NCBI GenBank assembly: GCA_031414955.1
Contig: JANOQV010000018.1
Location: 1 to 17,624 of the forward strand
From: Pedosphaera sp.
GTDB taxonomy: Bacteria > Verrucomicrobiota > Verrucomicrobiia > Limisphaerales > SIBH01
DNA: 17,624 bases
Reading direction: 5' to 3'
The number at the start of each line of letters is the position of its first letter. Position 1 is the stretch's first letter. Shown here one piece after another: positions 15,301 to 17,624 of this stretch. The notes under the pieces are model-generated. The model was not told the origin of the DNA. It saw only the letters and a program-made list of their open reading frames with translations, and made no database searches. The position numbers were made by a program, and so were the translations under genes.

Positions 15301-17570
15301 TGCGCATTGGCGGCGGCAGCGCGGAACCGGCGGATGGCTTCAGCTTCAACTTCGCCTCCGACGTGCCTTACGCGGCCGCGCCGGTCAGCGGCACTTCCGA
15401 GGAAGGCGCGGGCACCGGCCTTTCCATCTGCTACGACGGCTATCAAGCCGCAGGCACACCCAACACCACCGCCTTCCGCATCAAGTGGAACGGCACCTCG
15501 CTGGCCATCGTCACCAATCTGCCGCCCTGGTCCTCGACCGCCTGGATTCCGGTCCAGGTCTTCCTCAACACCAACGGCGCGGTGACCCTGACCGTGAACG
15601 GCACCAACGTGGTCACCAGCCTGGCCACGCCCTACACGCCGCGGGCCGGCGGACGCTTCGGTATTTACGCCCGCACGGGCGGTGCGTTCGAGACTCATTG
15701 GATCGATGAGTTGAACATCACCATGGTCACGCCGGATACCATCATGCTTGCCGGCACCAACGTGCTCTACAGCACGCCCAACCTCTGCGGCACTGACACC
15801 ATCTACTACCTGATCAGCGACGGTCAGGGCGGCACCACCCTCGACAGCGCCACCGTTCAACTCATCGACGTGACGCCGCCGGTCGTGGTCAGTGTCGCGA
15901 CCAACCGCACCATCTTCGCCAACGGAAGCTGCTTCGGCACGCTGCCCGACCTCACCACCCTGAGCGGCCTGAGCGTCACGGACAACTGCGCCGTGGTCAC
16001 GATTACCCAGGCTCCACCGGCCGGCACGCTGGTGGGTCTTGGTGTCACCACTGTCACCATCACGGCGCTGGACGCCTGGACCAACTTGGTCACCACCACC
16101 GCTTTCGTGACCAACCGCGACAATACGCTGCCTTTGATTTCGTGCTCCTCAACTTCGTTGGTGGCCCTGCCCGGCTTCTGCTACGCGCTGAGTTCCTCGC
16201 TCCTCACGCCGCCAAACTCGGACAACTGCTCGGTCGCCACCGTCAGCAACAACGCACCTGCGCAACTCCCCGTCGGGGCGACCATCGTGACCTGGAGCGT
16301 GATTGACGGCAGCGGCAACAGCAACGGCTGTCAGCAGACGGTCACTGTCATCGACAACATCCCGACCATCGCCGCCCAACCGCAATCGACCAACGTGCTG
16401 GTGGGTGGCACGGCCATCTTCAGCGTCACGCCCTTCAGTTGCACGCCCGTCGCCTACCAATGGTATTTCGGCGTGGCTCCCTTGTCCGGTGCGACCAACT
16501 CCGCCTACACCAACTCCAGCGTGCTCTCCTGCGACGCCGGCGGCTACACCGTGGTCGTCTCCAACGGCGTGGGCAGCGTGACCAGTGTCGTCGCCACCCT
16601 CACCGTGACCAATTCGCCGCTGCTCCTCTCGCCCGGCGGCCTGCTCGTGACCACCAACCAGAATGAGTGCAACAACCTCTTCCTGATTGGCGGCGCGGCC
16701 TACGATTGGGAAATCAACGACGCCGCCGGCGTGGCGGGCACGAACTGGGATCTCGTGAGCGTGACGGGCGGCCTCGACGTGCAGTCCACTTCGGGCAATC
16801 CGTTCTTGATCAACCTTCGCTCCCTCAGTGGCAACGTGCCCGGAGCGGCGGCCAACTGGAACAACGACACGACCAATGTTTTCACCATCGCCACGGCCAC
16901 GGACGGCGTGACGAACTTCGTGGCCAACAAGTTCACGCTCAACGACGCGAACTTCAGCAACGACCTGGCGGGCGGTGTCTTCAGCGTCGAGGAAGGCTCC
17001 TTGAAGTTGAAGTTCACCCCCAACCACGCGCCGGTCGCGAACACTTACACGAATTACCGGGCGCCCAACCTGAGCTTCAAGATCAAGCTGACCAACTTGA
17101 TGGCCCTGGCCACGAGCGACGTCGATGGCGACGCGCGCGGGCTGGTGTCGCTCGGCTCCAGCACCAACGGCGCGACCCTCACGACCAACGACACCTATCT
17201 GTTCTTCACCAGTCCGAACAACCTGGACGAGGCCATCAGCTACACGGTGCGGGACGTGCGGGCGGCCTATCGCGCGGGCGACACGGTGCGCACCGGCACG
17301 GGGCTTTTGCATTTCACGGTCGAGGCACCCACAGGGACCAACGGCAACGCGGTCAACATCTCCTTCACCAACAGCGTGGTGGGGATGCGTTTTGCGGGCA
17401 TCCCCGGCTACACTTACGACCTGCAGCGCGCGACGAATCTGACGCCGCCGGTGGCCTGGAGCACGCTCCACACGACGAACTGCCCGCCGCTGGGGCTGTT
17501 TGACTTCATTGATCTGACCCCGCCGGTGGGCGCGGCCTACTACCGCACGGCGCAACCCTGGACCCCTTGA
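3300..17570 (+). CDS. Giant secreted multidomain lectin/adhesin-like protein (HYR, Ig-like, SbsA-Ig, 6x PA14, ConA/L-lectin-like and cadherin-like domains), 4756 aa
   Basis: Uninterrupted 14,271-nt ORF with strong C/G third-position bias, a Sec signal peptide and repeated recognisable extracellular beta-sandwich motifs. Rich in Thr/Asn/Ala/Gly/Val. Confidence 0.96.
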   Translation: MKAMSTSLFAVACSVLLLLAAPRALATANYVYHERTANNPGCGAGAYVDVLKPTTAQSVTVRFKVEYQFYTDNVRIYYTTDGSNPAGGFGTASNAATSVVVAGYDCNFGGGPVTDVASGVIPAQPAGTVVKYIISAWHSGGGQEIFANSGEFSSPFNFSTSATIFSYTSCDTPSLTCPANITTNTAAGVCNQVVNFTPSVTGACNPVVVCNPASGSTFALGATTVNCGATNDSGFFAICSFSVTVNDLQAPALTACPANITNVVDFGLCTTTVPYAAPTALDACDGVVTVTCTPPSGSTFAQGVTTVTCEAHDTVNNTNTCAFVVRINDTQFPTITAPVAIEVCIPAAQAGAVVSLGTPITADNCAVATVVSNAPAVFPPGTNVVTWTVTDTSGNAAVAFQTVIVRKSVSLVGPSGATKFPGDSVTFSTVVSGTGPFTYVWRLNGGSPLASTSNSLTIASVLIGDAGNYSVEVTGYCGAVGSATNTAALAVVGAAPTISVQPASRLLSPGTPVTLSVVAANATGYFWSRNGSPIAGQTSPNLIFSDVQLADAGSYLVVVSNVNGTVTSQSAFLSVVAASDLNPLGANLIDFNSVGQFTNNFGVRNKAGNQTNVWYETNTSGVANSRALEGVVGSLTDNTLTYLGDSFTFPSVSGASLNMSIMFKGKPRPASGNPIVQLGFFSSTNTVHFVTNSFMEGNSLANWMNLRLVVASAATNLQFEYGVLITTNRGTAFTYNNALTVATPVGPIPATNSSFTNWYKLTATFTRNAEVTNIYIAGTLQDMGADGTVPGATVMTLASSPITNLLVTQGFLGDTFYPAIRSLEGNGADNLDNFAVWATNGAPVASVVPASSSISAFRTTTFRVRLDGTPPFTFQWYTNGVAVPGAVAAAYTPPALAAAGSFSVSVAVTNGSGGVVTTPATLTVTADGTAPNVVSVGSVDGTIIGLAFDESVNSAQAQTAGNYTVTPGGAPSSAVLLADGRTVRLTMSSPISGSFSVAVSGVTDLAGNALATTSAAGTVLGLTPTDIGSPMTAGSSFSSNGGDIDVTAGGQDTGSIADQFHATMQARTGDFDLKVRVQNIIRARNFNNIQINRDEVAGAGFMVRESLNPGSRDIYMRLFPRDTGMPAGGNRFQWLNRGSTFAAAGNLNPPNADTAAPAYLSLFPNAWMRMRRVNNTFTLYWSTNGVNWTQGAQTTQTYPTTVQAGLATSAHFDSPDYPVTAQYRNYGDYSVPGAGLGFAINLPANVGLNLIWPVTSAVPSMTVTATNTGTIFPSNEIHFVWQRGDGAGGFTNVPNVTAQPASTPFTNSAVGNFNTMPYGVGDSGSQFRVIANGPGLAVTSSVTTLLISYSDSAAPAVVNTSVLLGGNTLSLIFNEAMIGTGLSNAANYVITNSLGQVVTVTGVLVEYAGQGTNNVTRVVLTTGSVLTNGTFYFVRLNNLFGTNGVPIVANTIATAATPGTVKIEIFNNLAADTLLNTLTGNAKYQANMADYVYWTNVFNYNHNGSAFGTFLNTYGGRISGYFIPPSNGVYRFYVRGDDGFALFMNTNTFESWNPNGKSLLCSNATANANYAATITNQLSTNVTLVAGQAYYMEGLWKENSGGDGFTMAFREAGVATVPAITENADGRFFQPTLEVAFTNLTAATNLAPFRVEVYTNIAGTTVATLTNAPTFLANTPSFVVYSSGFGYLADLLASGGFPSTLDNYGARISAWFVAPSNGFYRFFLRGDDDCQIFMNTNGSAPSGKTSVAYLPSWRPTYTNVTALQSLTGVTNTGVTLPIQLTNGQYYYIEALMKENVGGDGIGVAFRSYITLAESTNSVVAPPSNEVAQLTFFRPVTNALSTATPYWPPVLMELYQNYGAGFGGSTVADLQANGKFQAGMPDALMPVPSFSLNRDGITSQFPGDNYGVRLSGYFVAPSNSVYRFFIKSDDSSILFMNTNGVDFGGKVQIALLNGSRNSYANNDGTMSTAITLTNGQRYYMELLYKEGAGGDYGAVAVVGTGTSTTAPTAPVVGSVIPAEYFSPTIGPVTANNIAQSPATPAGAIWSDLQAVTLSVNNIVGAMPIGIQWRKNGLPIPGANGISYTFNLTPADVGLNTYSVFIYNPQSALERFLNVTVNGLNLDTAPPFIAGAVGNGLTNEVTVTFSEALLDSSATNTANYSIAGLTILGAYLKPGSNVVALLTSVQTPGTRYTVVVNNVQDMSRNRNMITPNSSFTFTSWSLQRGFVTVDLFTGLNGGVYVQNLLSEPKFINNTPDSTQYVPYFAFGSFAPGGANFADNYGARVYGWFHAPSNGNYRFYIRSDDMSELWMSTNSATSLDPAAKVPIAAVNSGTCCGAYDSLLGGPVISPNIALTAGQLYYMEAVFKEGGGGDGVAVAFREAGDTSVPPTTEAIPGYFFSSLGNPDITAALNITNQPASTNIGLNTPITLTVGAIPVPIQTVFYQWQYWNGSAYANVGANTNLLGTNTALPLVFGVAGTYQYRALVSVPGILRTSLVATVTVSTNVEGSPTAPTLLWASSSTNGTTLTAQFNETVTAASAQNAANYFLTNQLGTFTPVSSAALLADNKTVVLTLASALTPGNLNAYTLVAGGIVDVDDALAGGGVANFWVPAGTMQFDFYTNAALGALPSPFPINTPKASGFITNSFLFQAGIYANGTNAGNVNYAARVAGFFIPPSNGVYRFYEASDDGSQLWMNTNAVNSASPTGLTQIINVPGANLGYTAAAAVSPYLALTGGQRYYIEALMANGTGGEYVALTVRENGDLRPLTNGTPSLDRVSLNFFSPPETLRIVPQPSLAPTFGQTDTNAILGRVVGSPAAIQWYSNNVLIAGATNATYALSQPLALAGANFQVIATNLASGVLSNQFAVTVTADASAPYIVSVQRDSTGTNFIINFSELLSTNGASAANLLANYAFSDGVNLISLASARLLPNGRSVIVSVAPTVVLSPATTYYVTNNNVGDRALTPNLIAANSVATFAGLTFTTNFLALDFFSGANSYVLLSNDVRFLNDTPDFRTALGTFQFQTTNTITLSGRDTYGVKAYGWFMPPTNGQYKFYARGDDAIMLSINTNGPAQNSKVQVVNQGCCGNYNTTATPIDMTNGTLYYIEALFFEGGGQDYFSVTFRDANALAPTNGPGSAYTSWGSLGHYAGTEVAAGNYFGLFGSPASVSNLTFTLQPIAATSVVAGASVTLSAVATNAPTNSYLFHQWQTSLDGGTTWVNAGPTNNFLSDYGFMGNGSNYTARYYYNTLVRAVATLPGGATLTSATTTVTVPTDLTVLSVGCLAGTNIVVVFNKPLDPGSGANASNYQINDGAGVVALNAYVQPDQRTVWLPLNGVLTGDFTLTIFTVFDLLQIDYFDSDTEDVPPAGTVIPASFVDNVGSATDPLILGTSFSSTNNGLDVSVGGTDIFGVADGEHFIARNLTGNFDIKARIAALTNLYRGLPDANAKAALQVRVSTNGNSRMMTVNVAPANIPLWPVLGTDRAQFIARDTTGASAVTVNNVNNVWTPGFVTPWIRLVRQGSAFFGYTSRDGTNWILISARDSAVNGGAYPDTVLVGFATTSHNNLGANPLPSTVTAQYRDIYFPVEAPTITTQPAGVAASVGNTVNLTVVATNPANSGPLSYQWRKSGTNIVGANTAALSLLNVNTSDAGTYTVIVANDGGGVLSASATVTVGNTGATVAPETLAAVQGMLTNFNASLFLGNDSDPEGRALSIVALSGIPPVTFYTDFETNVPNGTTLYNNAAITNGVGVTNSKALALTAGVAAQTGGWIIDDLVPGRSVSAFTATFQMRLGDMSGNAADGISFNVANDMPNAYAGGEAGSGTGLTVALDQFDNGNLEAPAFNVRWRGAQIAHVPIARQTNQNWVPVTITMRADGKLDLFLTNVALLSNFQTPYLPITGARFGFFARTSGEFETHWLDEVSITVFAGQNLAGAGGTVNQTFNFNNGLPSNAYLFGVAGLVGAGGVNGTPYLRLNDALASQNGSLVLGELLPGKVVNGFTANFSMRIGGGSAEPADGFSFNFASDVPYAAAPVSGTSEEGAGTGLSICYDGYQAAGTPNTTAFRIKWNGTSLAIVTNLPPWSSTAWIPVQVFLNTNGAVTLTVNGTNVVTSLATPYTPRAGGRFGIYARTGGAFETHWIDELNITMVTPDTIMLAGTNVLYSTPNLCGTDTIYYLISDGQGGTTLDSATVQLIDVTPPVVVSVATNRTIFANGSCFGTLPDLTTLSGLSVTDNCAVVTITQAPPAGTLVGLGVTTVTITALDAWTNLVTTTAFVTNRDNTLPLISCSSTSLVALPGFCYALSSSLLTPPNSDNCSVATVSNNAPAQLPVGATIVTWSVIDGSGNSNGCQQTVTVIDNIPTIAAQPQSTNVLVGGTAIFSVTPFSCTPVAYQWYFGVAPLSGATNSAYTNSSVLSCDAGGYTVVVSNGVGSVTSVVATLTVTNSPLLLSPGGLLVTTNQNECNNLFLIGGAAYDWEINDAAGVAGTNWDLVSVTGGLDVQSTSGNPFLINLRSLSGNVPGAAANWNNDTTNVFTIATATDGVTNFVANKFTLNDANFSNDLAGGVFSVEEGSLKLKFTPNHAPVANTYTNYRAPNLSFKIKLTNLMALATSDVDGDARGLVSLGSSTNGATLTTNDTYLFFTSPNNLDEAISYTVRDVRAAYRAGDTVRTGTGLLHFTVEAPTGTNGNAVNISFTNSVVGMRFAGIPGYTYDLQRATNLTPPVAWSTLHTTNCPPLGLFDFIDLTPPVGAAYYRTAQPWTP
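3810..4517 (+). other. Three tandem HYR-like domains
   Basis: Repeats of the form PxLTCPANIT...SGSTFxxGxTTVxCxAxD...CxFxVxVND, and PTITAP...DNC...FPPGTNVVTWTVTDTSGN. Confidence 0.8.
7675..12765 (+). other. Six PA14 domains (about 7675-8190, 8240-8800, 8845-9365, 9965-10495, 11125-11640, 12240-12765)
   Basis: Each fits approximately YG.R..G.F.(P/A)P.NG.YRF...(G/S)DD....(M/I)(N/S)TN...L..G..YY(M/I)E....E..GG(D/E). The DD codons start at 7908, 8478, 9081, 10200, 11352 and 12465. Confidence 0.88.
14460..15727 (+). other. Two tandem L-type (legume) lectin-like domains
   Basis: Paired motifs FTATFQMRLG...ADGISFNV / FTANFSMRIG...ADGFSFNF, GTGL(T/S), and RFG(F/I)(F/Y)ART.G.FETHW(L/I)DE. Confidence 0.72.
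15867..16355 (+). other. Two C-proximal HYR-like domains
   Basis: DVTPPVV...TDNC...PPAGT...GVTTVTITALD, and DNTLPLISC...SDNCSVATVSNNAPAQLPVGATIVTWSVIDGSGNSNGCQQTVTVID. Confidence 0.75.
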
Positions 17571-17593
17571 ATTGACTTAAAAAACCTAACGCT

Positions 17594-17624
17594 ATGAATC
17601 TGAAAAACCTTCTGCTGGGCGCGC
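17594..17624 (+). CDS. 5' end of the next gene, probably a secreted protein (partial)
   Basis: ATG 23 nt after the giant gene's stop, preceded by an A-rich tract. MNLKNLLLGA looks like the start of a signal peptide. Only 10 codons are visible. Confidence 0.55.
   Translation, partial: MNLKNLLLGA

Noticed and set aside
12717..15860. 1047-aa minus-strand ORF, plus similar ones at 3135-5363, 5421-6569, 6714-8063, 8991-10160, 10845-12524 and 16149-17555
   Set aside because: Antisense shadows of the giant gene. Its codon bias rarely creates reverse-strand stops, and the translations are G/V/R/A/H-rich with no recognisable motifs.
3300..17570. Autotransporter, RTX/T1SS substrate, RHS/CDI toxin, intein or diversity-generating retroelement target
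   Set aside because: No C-terminal barrel, GGxGxD nonapeptide arrays, YD repeats, Hint motifs, near-identical TR/VR pair or reverse transcriptase is visible.

Overview
High-GC bacterial DNA. The protein style suggests Verrucomicrobiota (Pedosphaerales/Limisphaerales-like), which is an inference. The window opens inside a truncated palindromic REP/MITE-like element (1-148). Three metabolic genes follow: an EboD-like 3-dehydroquinate-synthase-family cyclase (-), a divergent NAD-type short-chain dehydrogenase (+), and a 3-isopropylmalate dehydratase small subunit leuD (-) with no adjacent leuC. After a 420-bp divergent intergenic region comes a single 14.3-kb gene (3300-17570, 4756 aa) for a giant secreted, apparently non-catalytic, multivalent lectin/adhesin-like protein. 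Its order is: signal peptide, a CBM-like N-domain, 3 HYR, 2 Ig, a ConA-like domain, then six [Ig + SbsA-type Ig + binding head] super-repeats carrying six PA14 domains (all with the Asp-Asp motif) and two ConA/DUF1349-like heads. These are followed by two L-lectin-like domains nested inside a split cadherin-like domain, 2 HYR, Ig, an orphan passenger-cap-like domain, a second cadherin-like domain and a short C-terminal domain with no known sorting signal. A further probably secreted protein starts at 17594. Domain calls are by eye from motifs, and domain boundaries are approximate.
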